From Laetmonice hystrix (taxonomy: Eukaryota), in NCBI GenBank assembly GCA_965235115.1, contig OZ249448.1, forward strand, positions 682,001 through 746,000: a stretch of DNA of 64,000 bases. Reading direction: 5' to 3'. Shown here piece by piece: positions 50,729-63,669 of the stretch (position 1 is the stretch's first letter; each line of letters opens with the position of its first letter). A program made the translations under genes and the position numbers. Under the pieces are notes generated by a model. That model worked only from the letters and a program-made list of their open reading frames with translations, was not told the origin of the DNA and ran no database searches.

Positions 50729-53700
50729 GTTTGGTGTTACAGACACCGTGCCTTCTAGATGATCGTTTTCAGTCGTCTGTTTCCAAACGTCCACGCTTTC
50801 TGGCGGATGTAGCGCGTACAGAAAATGGTAAAATAACAGCGAGTAGTAACCTGAATGTCATTATCGGCCGACAGGTGGCGTCCAGGTGCCCACTGTGGCA
50901 TGCCGGCAGTCTATGGCCTGGGCTGGAAAGAAAATGTGTACCGGTTGCACTATTAAAATGCACGAGAGGAAACCTTGTCTTGTTCAGGGTGTGTACTCCG
51001 TGACTTTAACTCCCTTTTTTTAAAGACTTCTCCCAAAATGAAATGAAATACATGTATGTAAATACCCTTTGAACTGGGTCGGGCTGTACAGGCCTTTCAA
51101 TAAGTTCTGCTACATGGACGACAGACAGGAGATGCTTTTAACTAGTTTATTTCCAAGTATACATCATTAGAGTATAAGAATGAAAGGAAAGAACCATATA
51201 AAACTCCACGCCTTCAAGACACGCCTTCGCTGGCAATCATTCTAAGACAGCTGCTATAGTAGACCTACAGTGGGTAGTGCATCTCGATTCCTAGCACTAA
51301 CTCTTCATAATTTAGACATTTCAAAGATTGGAGTAATTCACACTTATAATGCTCTACTCAATCTCTACTCAACAGCTATTATAGTTATGTTATCGTACTC
51401 TATCTGCCAATTTATACATGTGGCATATTTTGCACCTTCTCTAACATTTTAAGCATGTAAGTCTTCACAATTCTTTATCCAAGATACCAAGTCACAGTTG
51501 TTAATGTCAATTGTTTGCCAGATGGTCTCAACTCTGGCCACTTGATGGCGTTTATCCTCAACTAAAAAGGTCATGCAGAACAGCAGATACACTGTCAGTC
51601 ATTCAATTCACACTCTATAATAACTCTAATTAACAAAATATAATTCTGGCAAAGGATTGCAAACTGCCTGAAGTTATAGTTTCCATCTCATTGACGGCAA
51701 GCTCAACCCCTATAACCATGTCTGCAATGAAACCGAACACAAGTACAACAGCTTCAGTTAAAATATTTGTGATACCTACATTTATTATCATTTATTCCAC
51801 ATTATATTGTCTTGGTATGAATTATTAGATGCTAAAGAACAGTCAGCAACTACCACATACATTTCTCGGTTGGAAACCCACAACTTCAACAATTGATTTT
51901 CTTTGGTTATAATCTCTAGATACACGGTACAGGTGGCACGAACTGGGACTTTTGGGCGGGGGAGTGGCGGCCACCGATTTGGTACCAATTAGATTTGTAG
52001 ACAGACAGCGACTGGTAAGCCTGAGGAAGCTTAAACAGATACCGTAGTTATAGAGACACTCGTCTGGCGAATCTTCAGACTCCCGTGCCACTTAGTGGTA
52101 CGCTAAGAGCAACTATACACTGATTCACTCGCTAGCTCTACGACTACGAGCTTACAAGACAAATGCTAGCAAGTTTTGCCGAGCAAGGCCTGGACACACA
52201 CACAAATATATCGTAAGACCGCAGGACGGGCAGAGAGTATAAGTTATAACACACAATGTTACTAATGAGGAATTCTACAAAAAGGCACGTTCTCCAGTTT
52301 ACACCTCGACAGAGTCAAGTCCTCCAAACTCAGCTTTCTCATCTAACTATATTCTTTGCAAAATTTGATTTGCTCTTTTCCTTTTTTTACTTAAATTTTG
52401 ATTTTAAAATTAACATCATTGGGCAAGGGTGGAAACTCGCAGTATGTTACAATAAAACCAAACTATTCCATATTAGTGTCGGTACACTATTATCTGTATT
52501 CTTTATAATTATACCAGAGACTCAAGGTCAAAACTGTAACTGTTGGAGTTGTCGTACTCAATCGAGGCAAAACCAACGGAGTAAGAACTTCTGTCATATA
52601 TGAAATACTAATAGTCTCTGTTCAACAAGAACTGGGACTGTTGAGAAAACATGTTTAATGTGTACACACCACAGGGACTGGGAGCAACGAGATTCGTTAC
52701 TGGGAGTCAAGAGTCCAAAGATGACCGCTGTACCCCTACATGATTTAAAGAAGGCTTGGGTTCTTAACTTTGTAAACCTTTTAACATTCCGCCGAGGGAA
52801 TATAAATTCAAGCATTGTTTCGCGGGGTCGTTTAAAGTCACCAAGATCAGCGACACTATTATCCGGGACCTCTGTGTCCAAGGTGTGAGTAGTCGATGAC
52901 CTCAAACGATCCCCTACGGAGTTGTCAGTTACAACTACACAACTAAATATATACAATGTACAACCTGAGAGACAGAAACGTTTGTATTTTTTTTTTATTT
53001 TTCCCCTACAGAGCCTACTGGTTGTAGTAATACCACACGGTGGGTTATTGATAAGAGGTTTAAACATGCGTTTTCATCAAATAAAAATCACCGATTTAAC
53101 CCTTCTACATGACTTCCGTAAAATCAAAAAGCTACGTAAAAATATTCCCAAAATAACTTCTACTACTCCGAAGTTATCTCGGGTGTCTGGGTACATCTGG
53201 AAATAGTTGTTAACACTCATACAAAACGAACCATTTATTTTAAAAAGCCGTGATTTCCCTTACTGAATACTGAAAATGCCTTATCATGGTATACATTATA
53301 GGAAAATTCTACAAAATAAAATAAAAAGATCTCACTAAACTTTCATCCCTTACCTGGGAAAATGCTGATAGAAGGAATGAGTATCTGAGTACGCTGCATA
53401 CAATTCAAAACTCACATATTGGGAGTCTAGAAGTTGCCAGTTATACATGGTAAGTACAATGCTAAGGTTAACATTGGATCTCTCTTACTGAACATAACCC
53501 ATATCATGTCCAGGTTCAGGGAAGAGTTACTATAACGTATAGTCAGTGGATTTTCCATAGTACGCCAGGAAGTTTACTGTCTGGATCTGAAAGAACGCAA
53601 AAGCGCTTTGCATCTCTTTTCCTTTTTTTTTCTTTTCGGTACAGAAACTGACAGGGAGGGGTCTGCCATTCTTGCAAGTTAAATATTACACCTTTGAAAG

Positions 53701-55901
53701 ATAAAAATAAGACAAATTTCATTCGTAGCATTACGAGTGGTTTGCAGCGAGTAGAAATATGACTTGAGAGCCCTGAGTAAGGTACAATAGCAAATATTCT
53801 TACTGTGACATCATAACGAATCAGATCAATTATGAAGTCTGTCATCCATACAATAACTCACCTTTGTCATTTTTAACGCTTTAAAAACCAAAAACCAAAT
53901 GAGTAAATGATCTTTCTTTACCAGCGTTTTTACTTCGACTTTTTAATTTTTCTAATTCTCGAGTGTTAATTCTGAATATTGATAAATCACATTCGTCACT
54001 GATATTAAATCTAGACTTGTCCGAATACTGGTAAGAACATAACGACCATATTCGCAAAGCAAGTTTTACCGACTCCTCCAATGATCTTCTCAAACTATGA
54101 ATTTCAGTCATCCGTATCGACAGACAATTTATGAGACGAAAATAGTCCTGATTTAACACCTGGGTTTGGCAATCTGGCTTCATTTTACCACTTTAAAAAA
54201 TAACCAAGCATACGGATAAAACTGCTTTGTGCACATGGCCTTCCGTATTTATTGACGTACAGTGGGCTATTGAATAAAAAAAAGACTAGCCTCGAGGGAA
54301 AATATATTCTAAACTCGAGAATTTGCAGCATTTATTTGGGTCCTTTCCCAAACTCATTTACGTGTTCCATTTACTCTGACTAGTACCTTTCACTAGCATT
54401 CGCTTCTTGGCAACTTTTATACTTAAAAATAAGATAAACGGAACTCGATTCAGCTGCTGCTAGAGTTCATTTTGTCTCCTTGTTACAAACAGGAGTTTGT
54501 AAAGATGAAAGAATGAAACGAACTGGCAACAACCTGTTACACTGACTGAAACAAGCCACACATACACATGAAAACACATTCTCACAGAAAGTCAAACATA
54601 TCCAATTGTTCGGCCACATTATTGTAATAACACATCCTAGTTTTCACACTAGCATGGACTGCTAACATAATAGAAGCTTCTGTTTTTTTCCCACTGGTAT
54701 ACAAAAAGTGAATATACATTCTATTTGAAACTTTTCTGCATCACTTCAAGGTCGGATCCATTCAACCTTCAAACGCTTACGTTCGCACGGATTGCGGTGC
54801 TGTTTTTGGTACTTGATGCCAGGCTGCTCCCGAGCACAAGGCTACGTGAGGTCTCAAGTTGAACCTCCTTCCTCCGTGAAATGTCACTGGTGTTGGAGGA
54901 GAGCCTTGTGGAGTGAAGCAGGCCTGGAGTTAGCAGTCATCATGTGGTTTTTATATCTCGGTGATATGATGGCACCGAAAGGCTTCAAGTACGTTCTCTC
55001 CTGAAGGTGGTAATTTCTACCCTTAATTAGGGGTTGGTTTTGGAGGGTTGCTATCACTAACCTGACTGTGGCCCGGAGGGAGTAAACTCGTGGAGCGGGT
55101 GGAGGGGGGAGGAGAGGTCGGGTGAGTAATCAAGCCTTAACACATCAACACACCGATATCTGAAGAATATAAAAATGTTTGATGTCGCATCTCCGGTCTT
55201 GACGGTTACCTTAGAATACCACCTGTCGTTGCTTTCGTACAATAACAGCCTGGCTATCGCTACTATCATCTCGGCTGTTGTAGTCTTACTCATGCTGGCA
55301 GCCTCATCTGAGTAGGGCACAGTAACAACCCTCCCGTCAAGCCATATTTTGGTGTATTTCAACCAAACAATATTGTTGGTAGCATTAAGCACTTACGCTA
55401 CAGACAACGGGTGTTTGACCCATATATACAAGCTTCACCAGAGGGTTGACCTGTGCCTTGGTGTCAGAGAGACATTGGTTCGAGATGTTAGGGTCCTTTC
55501 TTATTGTCATTCTCCGTTAACTGCCCTCATAGTTAAATCAGGCCGTTCTTACGGTACTTCCGTCCTGGGGTCAGAAACTCTTCGTCATATTGACACGACT
55601 TAGGAATCAGTGACTATACTTGGATAATGGTCTGTTAAGCATCAATGTCTTCGCTTGATGGAACGTTCTGATTCCAAGTTAGCATGGAATTTGCACAGAG
55701 ATAGAGAGGATGACACAAATAGTAGGCCAGCCTTGACTTGCTCTTGTTTTCATAATAACAGTAATGCTGCACAGCTATGATTATCTCGTAATCTGGGATA
55801 GGGTACGACAGATTTCGTCTGACGCATCACTCGGTCTGGTTCTCCACGCATGGTGTCGCATCTTGACGTACATCTTGATCCGTGACGACGACGACGGCGG
55901 C

Positions 55902-58900
55902 TTACTGCGCTCCAGGTATTTTCTGCATAACCTAGTCGGGCACAAAAAGATCATAACACGTCAACTCCATGGCACATTCACCAAGATTTTTTAAAATGTC
56001 TATTGCTCCAAAACATGAAGCATGCTCTTTAGCCTAAATTAAATTTAAAAAAAAAGTATATCCCATTAAATTAATTATTATCCAACCTTTACTCAGCTTT
56101 TCCACCTCTGTTGCTAGGGTACCTTTCTCTAGTTTTGCCCAGGAAGAACAAAGTTTTACTCGTCCACTTCCATGTTCTACCGATCAGCTACACGGTACCA
56201 CATTCCTCCTCTGATTTCACAACGGACATTCTATGAACTCGCTTCTAATCACACAACTTTTTCAAATACTACGTGCCACTTCCCGAAGTCTTCTCTCATT
56301 CTTCTCCAAATCCATTGCGACATCGATAAGATTAATTTTGGGCTTACATAAATTATCAGAGGTAGAATATGGTCTCCTCAATCTACTTCAAATCAGAAAG
56401 AATTAAAAAGTTACCAGGTGGGGTAGATTTGAAGGCCAAGCGTTTTCAGCCAAGCATGAAGACAGTGTTAGTCAAAATGATCAAGCAATTACAGTCGACG
56501 GTCAGAAACAAAGCATCAAACACAATGTGGGCAGAGCAGTTGGTTAGCGGAGGTTTGATATCATCTAATTATCTCCACCCTGGAGAAGAACTCCCATTCA
56601 TGGCCACATTAATCTAAATCACAACTTTTCACTTGTTATGCAGTTATGCACACATATTTTTTCACGTTTAAAATAATTATTTCAATTAGGCATGTTACTG
56701 TGTGGACCGTGACATGTTATTTTTTTAGAACAAAACAATAAAGAACTGTCCAGAAGTACAAGTTGCAATATTTATAAAAAAAATACCCTATTCAGAAGAC
56801 CCCAAGATAACTCTGTACCCTACTACACTATTGCCATCCTATTCACCACTTCACTGACCAGAACCAAAAAATCCTTCAAACACTACTTTTGACACTTCTA
56901 ACGTTTTCCTATCGTAAAAAAAGATAAAAATATGAGTACCAAAACCACAATTCTACAACACAGCCTAAGAAATGTTTAAATATGTCTTATTTTGTCAAAA
57001 CAATACAAACATACAAACAGTATTTTTTTGGGGTACTTTATGGGATGACCACACAATGACCACATACAGTACTTGTAAGTCAATTGGAATTTATAAATTG
57101 AAAAATAATTAAGTGGCATCGTAATAAATTGGTGGGAGATTTCTTGAACAGGCGGACCCATACAAAACCTCCCACCCCCGATTTTTACCTAACTGGGGCC
57201 AGCCCAATCACAAGGCGCCAAGATTTTTTTGACGGCTCCAGTTTTAAAGAGTTTGCAGAATTAGGAGTTCTTCACTACGTCACGGTTGAGATTTGGGCAG
57301 AATACAGTAACGTCAAGCAAGCCTGAAGCAGTGTGCAAAGCGACATCTTGATAAAGATTTAACCCCCCCCCCCCCGGGCGGTGATGACCCCCTGACCCCA
57401 CGTGACCCAGTTGTATGGCCCTCCAAATTCTCTGTTCCCTCACAGTGTCACTAGCAAGGTTCTACTGTGCCCATTATTAGACAGATCATGCAAGCTCAAA
57501 AGGTTTGTTCGCTTCTAACACATGCCAAGCAGTCTTGTACAGACACCATGATGGTCTACAGTGGCTATGGCAGGAAAATAAAAAGTTGTTTTTATAATCA
57601 GCGATTGAAAATAAAATATACAAACATATACTTAAAGTAAAACAACACACGGATAGCCTCCTGCGTGATTATATAACAGCAAGGTTTTTAAATGATCGGA
57701 ACATAGCAGACCCACCCCAATGAGACAAGGTCTTTGATTGGTGCTTCTGACCCCTCACTTCATCACGAGTCAGTCTTCACATTATCTGTGACTGACTGCG
57801 AATCACTTGATTCAGCCATTCAGCCTGCAGATCTACTGTCTCTCTCTCATATACTGGAGTATTTTGTTAGATCTCATGTCGAGTTGTAGCAGACTTTTGT
57901 CATATTCTCTCTCCATCTCGTGTCCTCTTGTCAAAAGGAAGTGTTCCGTAGGACCACAATCGCGATACCACTATATCATACCTGCCAACATTTGGAAAAC
58001 CAGAAATCTGAACACTACCCGTGATGGGTCCAGGGGGCCGCCCGGCGGGGTACAGGGGGCAGAGCCCCCATGAGCCCCTGGGTTTTGGGCATTTTTAAAG
58101 CTAAGGAAAGGCTGTTTTGAACCTTAAAAGTTGACATTATTTGATATATATATTGCGATCTGAAAATTTGAGTGTTCCAATTTTTTTCTATCTGGAAACA
58201 TGAAAATCGGAACAATTCCGATTAAATCGGAACGGTTGGCAGGTATGCTATATGACTGGAGGTGATTGAAATTGGCAAAAACCCCGAAAAAAATGACTAT
58301 CAGACAGACTGCAGGCTGACGGTACCAACACAATAACTGAATATCTAAGACACTGAAACCTGGTCTAAGGACTAAAGAACTACATCCCGTGGACATCTTT
58401 AAGGAGCAAGCAGTACGGATTCACTTGCCTTCAACATGTCAGGCATCTAGGTTGGAAGGAGGAAAAAGAACGAAGAAAGACAAGTTGGATGAATCCACCT
58501 CCCTCTCAACCATATCGGTCAACCAATCACAATACAACATCGGCACGGACATGGAATCTCCGGCTTCTTGTCAATCTAACCGATTATTGATGCCGACTTT
58601 AGGTCCTTGTAGTGGTGAGGCTGGCCTCAAAACTAAAAAAGGTCCAAGAATCAAACAAGACCCCCTCGTCCCCCTCCAAGGACCTGTAATATTTACCAAC
58701 AATCATAATTTTCTATCTCTCATTCTTTTTATCTCGTAGTGGCTCTGTCACAAACCCTAATTCTAGTAATTTTGAGACAACATTACAGCACTCTCTACTA
58801 AAATTAAAGTCCCTGCCAATATCAAATTAACAAAATATCCAAATGCTGCTTTTAGACAACTTCTCTGCACCGACTTGAAAAATCCTTCCACACTTAACCG

Positions 58901-61900
58901 CGCAAAAACAGAAAGACGGCTTGATAATCGCAACAGACCTGGGATTTCACTGAAGACCGAATGCAGGGCATGTTATGCTAAGCTGTTATTCAAAATTATA
59001 GAACTTCTTGTGAAGCAACAGTCATGCCAGAGCTCACACTGCATTAGTTTGAGGGAGAAAAGAAGAATGGCGACAAAATGCAGATAAGACTACAATTAGT
59101 ACACTACCAGGACATCCCAATCGCTTTACAATGTCACCTTGTCTTATCTATTGTAAATCATTTAGGTTTACGTGAATTACAATGCTGAGAACAAAGCTCC
59201 TAGCTAACTGCTGCATCACTGTTAATCCCAGACCTAAAGCCAGACTGCAGCTCCGAGATGATATCTAGGACTTTTTCTCCCCTCCCCTTCCCCCCTCCTG
59301 AAAAAAAATCTTTTCCTGTCGCTAAACCCACCAGCCTGTACCTGACGACACACTCGGTAAAAAGGGGTTTTTAAGCCAACCAGAAATATGTTACCCAGAA
59401 GATAGTCTTCTTTGAATTAATCGCGAAACAATAATCTCGGAAAATTTCCCCCGGCTCATTTTCACTGGTGATTGACAAGTCAAGGCCACTGCAGTCTGGT
59501 GAACAGCCACTCGTGGCGTGTGTGACACACAATTCAGTTTGCTTCACATTGACACTCACTTTGCATACACTTTGCAACTTCACCTAATATCATCGTTACC
59601 GTGGCAACGGTCAGTCTTACCTTGGAGAGGTCAACACCGGTCAGTGCTTGGACAGCTGGTGGTAAGTTTGTCACCAGTCGGCTCACCTCAGACGTGGTGC
59701 GATCGTCACCCAGTAATACGATCGATTCTGTCTTAGCCAATGGAGCAGAGACCTCTGCAGCAATCTAAAACAACAAACGTTCATCACAACTTGTTGAAAA
59801 AGCTCAGCAGCTGTCGACTTTTTTAAAAACTCTTTTTTCATATTAAGCTGAGGGGTGGCATTTAGAACCGACCGGTCGACCGAGGCGACTGAATTCCAGC
59901 TCGGGCGACTAGACATTCACAGAACACATGCCCGGTTGGCGAGTAGAATATTCTGGGAATAGGCCTACTTATCGGGTCTGACTGGGGCTAATTTATTGCA
60001 AAACAGACCTGGGCATCTAACGTTTCCATCATGTGGTCTAGTAATTTTCATCCAGGCTAGTCGATTTTTTTAATTTACTAGCCCAGCTAAACTAAACTTG
60101 GATTGGAAGCAACAGTTGTGTCCTGTAGTATCCCCGTGAAACCTCATACTGACTTTGTATTCCTTCACTTTGACACACTCCACTAGAAATTCGACACGTA
60201 CCTTTGGCAGGGTCTCCAGGACCAAACTCAACATGGCAGCCTCTCCATACTGCTTGTAGGCATTGGCCTTCAGTCTCATCCGCTCGGCGTCAGCCTTACC
60301 AACAGCCTCGATGGCACCGGCATCGGCTGCACCGATCAGACGGATACGCTCGCCCTCGGCACGCGCACCCTCTACCGTCACTGTCCTGTTTGAATCAAGA
60401 CACCAGCAATGAGTTCATGTTATGTCAACAATTTAATGTGTTATTCTGGCATGCCACTGCTGAAATAACCTTGCATATTGGTCACAAAATTTGATAATCT
60501 GGAAGGAAGTGTTTCAGATTGGAAAATTTCCACATAAGAGACAAAATAATTTTAAGCCCTGGAAGCGCAATTTAGGAGCAAGTGGATCCCTGCTGCTCCC
60601 CACATCATGGCAACACTTCTCATCACATAAAACAATAACATTCATGATTATTATCATTAAAACATTATTATTCAGACTAGAAGTGATTTGAAAAATGTCA
60701 GTTATAGTGGGAAGAACCACTGACCTTTGACCCTCAGCAATGACCTCGACCTTGTAGGCCTCTGCCTCCGCTGGTAGTTTAATTGTTCCCTTCAGTTCCT
60801 TCTCCTTACGTAGGATTTCCTTTTCTTCAATGTCGATCTGTTTCCTACGCTCCACGATGTCTATCTGAATCTCTTCACTACGGATGCTCTGCTTCACCTT
60901 GGCTGCTTGAAGCTCATACGCGAGCTCGGCTTCGGCTTTCTGTGGTAATAATATCACATAGGTTACATAATGAATGAGCTCAAATCTATCACTTAGTCTA
61001 GTACCTTGGAATGGAGACTTAGACTTTGGGGCCCACTGCTGATGACCAGACTTATCCATTAACAAATCCGACCTCGCTGAAAACTCGCTGAAATTCTCCC
61101 AGACTCATTCACAAATAAAGGCCTCACTTATCGGAATGTTCTAGCTCCGGCAGACTCAAACAAAACCTACCCTGGCGTTGACCTCCATGTCAAAGTTGGC
61201 TTTCTGCATTTGATACTGACGTGCCGAGTCAGCGATTTTACTGTCTGCTTCATACTTGGCATCCATTCGAAGTTTTTCACACTCTGCTTCCTACAGACAA
61301 CATAAAAATGACAGTTGCAATCATGTCATGTCCCTGACAAACATCAACAGAACATATTTGTAATATTTGATTGAACACTACAAGTAATAATCTCTTCCAC
61401 TCACTCGAATTCCAGCATCCCTGTTGGCCTCCGCGACACCAATATCAGCATCCCTCTTCACGTTAGCTGTTTGTGCACGGCCGAGAGACTGGAGGTATTC
61501 CACATTGTCGTAGACGTCCTTGATGGTGAAGGAAAGCACCTCGATCCCCATACGTCCGACATCGGGTGCAGCCACCTCCCGCACCAGCTGAGCAAACTGG
61601 TCGCGGTCCTGGTAGATCGCTTCCACACTCAGTGTGCCTGCACACAAAACAATGTCAGTTTTTTTCATATTGATACATCCGTGAATATCCCTATCTCAAG
61701 GACACAAAAAAGAATTTAGTTAAGGCCACACTTTATTTATTGTTTGGTTTACGGGCCCGCCAACATGGGAAAATCCAAAAGTAGAAAAAAAAATTAGAAA
61801 TTGGCCCTCCAGTATGGTTCAATGTTGGGATTGATTTGTCAGGCAGGTTGCTTACCTAGGATGGCACGGAGATGGCCCTCCAGTATGTTGGGATTGATTT

Positions 61901-63521
61901 GTCAGGCGGGTTGCTTACCTAGGATGGCACGGAGATGGCCCTCCAGTATGTTTCAATGTTGGGATTGATTTGTCAGGCGGGTTGCTTACCTAGGATGGCA
62001 CGGAGATGGCCCTCCAGTATGTTTCAATGTTGGGATTGATTTGTCAGGCGGGTTGCTTACCTAGGATGGCACGGAGATGGCCCTCCAGTATGTTGGGATT
62101 GATTTGTCAGGCGGGTTGCTTACCTAGGATGGCACGGAGATGGCCCTCTAGTATGTTTCAATGTTGGGATTGATTTGTCAGGCGGGTTGCTTACCTAGGA
62201 TGGCACGGAGATGGCCCTCCAGTGTGTTTCAATGTTGGGATTGATTTGTCAGGCGGGTTGCTTACCTAGGATGGCACGGAGATGGCCTTCCAGTATGTTT
62301 CAATGTTGGGATTGATTTGTCAGGCGGGTTGCTTACCTAGGATGGCACGGAGATGGCCCTCCAGTATGTTTCAATGTTGGGATTGATTTGTCAGGCGGGT
62401 TGCTTACCTAGGATGGCACGGAGATGGCCCTCCAGTATGTTTCAATGTTGGGATTGATTTGTCAGGCGGGTTGCTTACCTAGGATGGCACGGAGATGGCC
62501 CTCCAGTGTGTTTCAATGTTGGGATTGATTTGTCAGGCGGGTTGCTTACCTAGGATGGCACGGAGATGGCCCTCCAGTGTGTTTCAATGTTAGGATTGAT
62601 TTGTCAGGCAGGTTGCTTACCTAGAATGGCACGGAGATGGCCCTCCAGTGTGTTTCAATGTTGGGATTGATTTGTCAGGCGGGTTGCTTACCTAGGATGG
62701 CACGGAGATGGCCCTCCAGTATGTTGGGATTGATTTGTCAGGCGGGTTGCTTACCTAGGATGGCACGGAGATGGCCCTCCAGTGTGTTTCAATGTTGGGA
62801 TTGATTTGTCAGGCGGGTTGCTTACCTAGGATGGCACGGAGATGGCCCTTCAGTGTGTTTCAATGTTGGGATTGATTTGTCAGGCGGGTTGCTTACCTAA
62901 GATGGCACAGAGATGGCCCTTCAGTATGTTGGGATTGATTTGTCAGGCGGGTTGCTTACCTAGGATGGCACGGAGATGGCCCTCCAGTGTGTTTCAATGT
63001 TGGGATTGATTTGTCTGGCGGGTTGCTTACCTAAGATGGCACGGAGATGGCCCTCCAGTATGTTGGGATTGATTTGTCAGGCAGGTTGCTTACCTAGGAT
63101 GGCACGGAGATGGCCCTCCAGTATGTTTCAATGTTGGGATTGATTTGTCAGGCAGGTTGCTTACCTAGGATGGCACGGAGATGGCCCTCCAGTATGTTTC
63201 AATGTTGGGATTGATTTGTCAGGCAGGTTGCTTACCTAGGATGGCACGGAGATGGCCCTCCAGTGTGTTTCAATGTTGGGATTGATTTGTCAGGCGGGTT
63301 GCTTACCTAGGATGGCACGGAGATGGCCCTCCAGTGTCTGCAGGATGACCTGTTCTATGTGGTTGACAGATTTCCCAAGGAACTGCTCGCAGGCTGTGTT
63401 GAGCAGTTCGGGCTCCGTCATCACTTTACACTGGGCCACCCCGGTCACTGTCAGCGGCACACCCTCCGACGTCTCCACGTGTTCACACAGAGGGTTTAAC
63501 GTCATCACCTCCAGTGAGATC
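55902..63521 (-). CDS. FLOT2: Flotillin-2 (reggie-1), 5'-incomplete, 7 coding exons in window
   Basis: Exons: 63307-63521, 61405-61637, 61171-61290, 60725-60939, 60202-60385, 59621-59764, 55902-55931. Sequence ISLEVMTLNPLCEHVETSEGVPLTVTGVAQCK...AAPDVGRMGIEVLSFTIKDVYD...KAEAELAYELQAAK...LPPAVQALTGVDLSK|VMQKIPGAQ* matches FLOT2 rather than FLOT1. The first ~45 codons lie beyond 64000. Confidence 0.93.
57977..58247. mobile_element. MITE, 271 bp, 13-bp perfect TIR, 6-bp TSD, in the last FLOT2 intron
   Basis: CATACCTGCCAAC ... GTTGGCAGGTATG, flanked by CTATAT/CTATAT. Confidence 0.85.
61803..63337 (-). repeat. Tandem repeat (71-bp and 63-bp units, 22 copies) of the FLOT2 exon 3' end plus 5' splice site
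   Basis: Each unit reads on the - strand ACTGGAGGGCCATCTCCGTGCCATCCTAG|GTAAGCAACCCGCCTGACAAATCAATCCCAACA(TTGAAACA). 22 GCTTACCT sites counted, the first (by transcription) being the real donor. Confidence 0.97.
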
Positions 63522-63669
63522 CTGTAACAGACAAATATACCTAGTCAGAGTCTGGTAATCAATATGCCATAATCTTATCTTACACTACAGTATCCCCCTG
63601 ACCCTTCATCATATTTTGATTTGGAGTGAACAGCAGTGGTATAAAAGCTCTGCATGTTCTTAGGTTATG

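Noticed and set aside
51920-53530. Plus-strand exon-like segments (51920-52014, 52518-52580, ~53010-53066, ~53370-53449) with plausible splice sites
   Set aside because: They could not be joined into one frame-consistent ORF with a start codon or a recognisable product; a non-coding spliced transcript cannot be excluded without RNA data.
53860-54183. Minus-strand 100-aa ORF ending SFTHLVFGF, faintly reminiscent of Polinton-associated ORFs
   Set aside because: The resemblance rests on a few residues translated from a T-rich tract, has an in-frame stop, and no polymerase, integrase or TIR was seen; it lies in the probable FLOT2 3' UTR or intergenic DNA.
55057-55392. Minus-strand 111-aa ORF (MLNATNNIVWLK...)
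   Set aside because: No recognisable domain; it lies 0.5 kb downstream of the FLOT2 stop on the same strand, consistent with UTR.
58399-58446. Candidate FLOT2 last exon (MPDMLKASESVLLAP*) behind a strong polypyrimidine tract
   Set aside because: The exon at 55902-55931 (VMQKIPGAQ*) matches the known flotillin-2 C-terminal pattern (xxxKIPGA) far better; this one remains at most a minor alternative.
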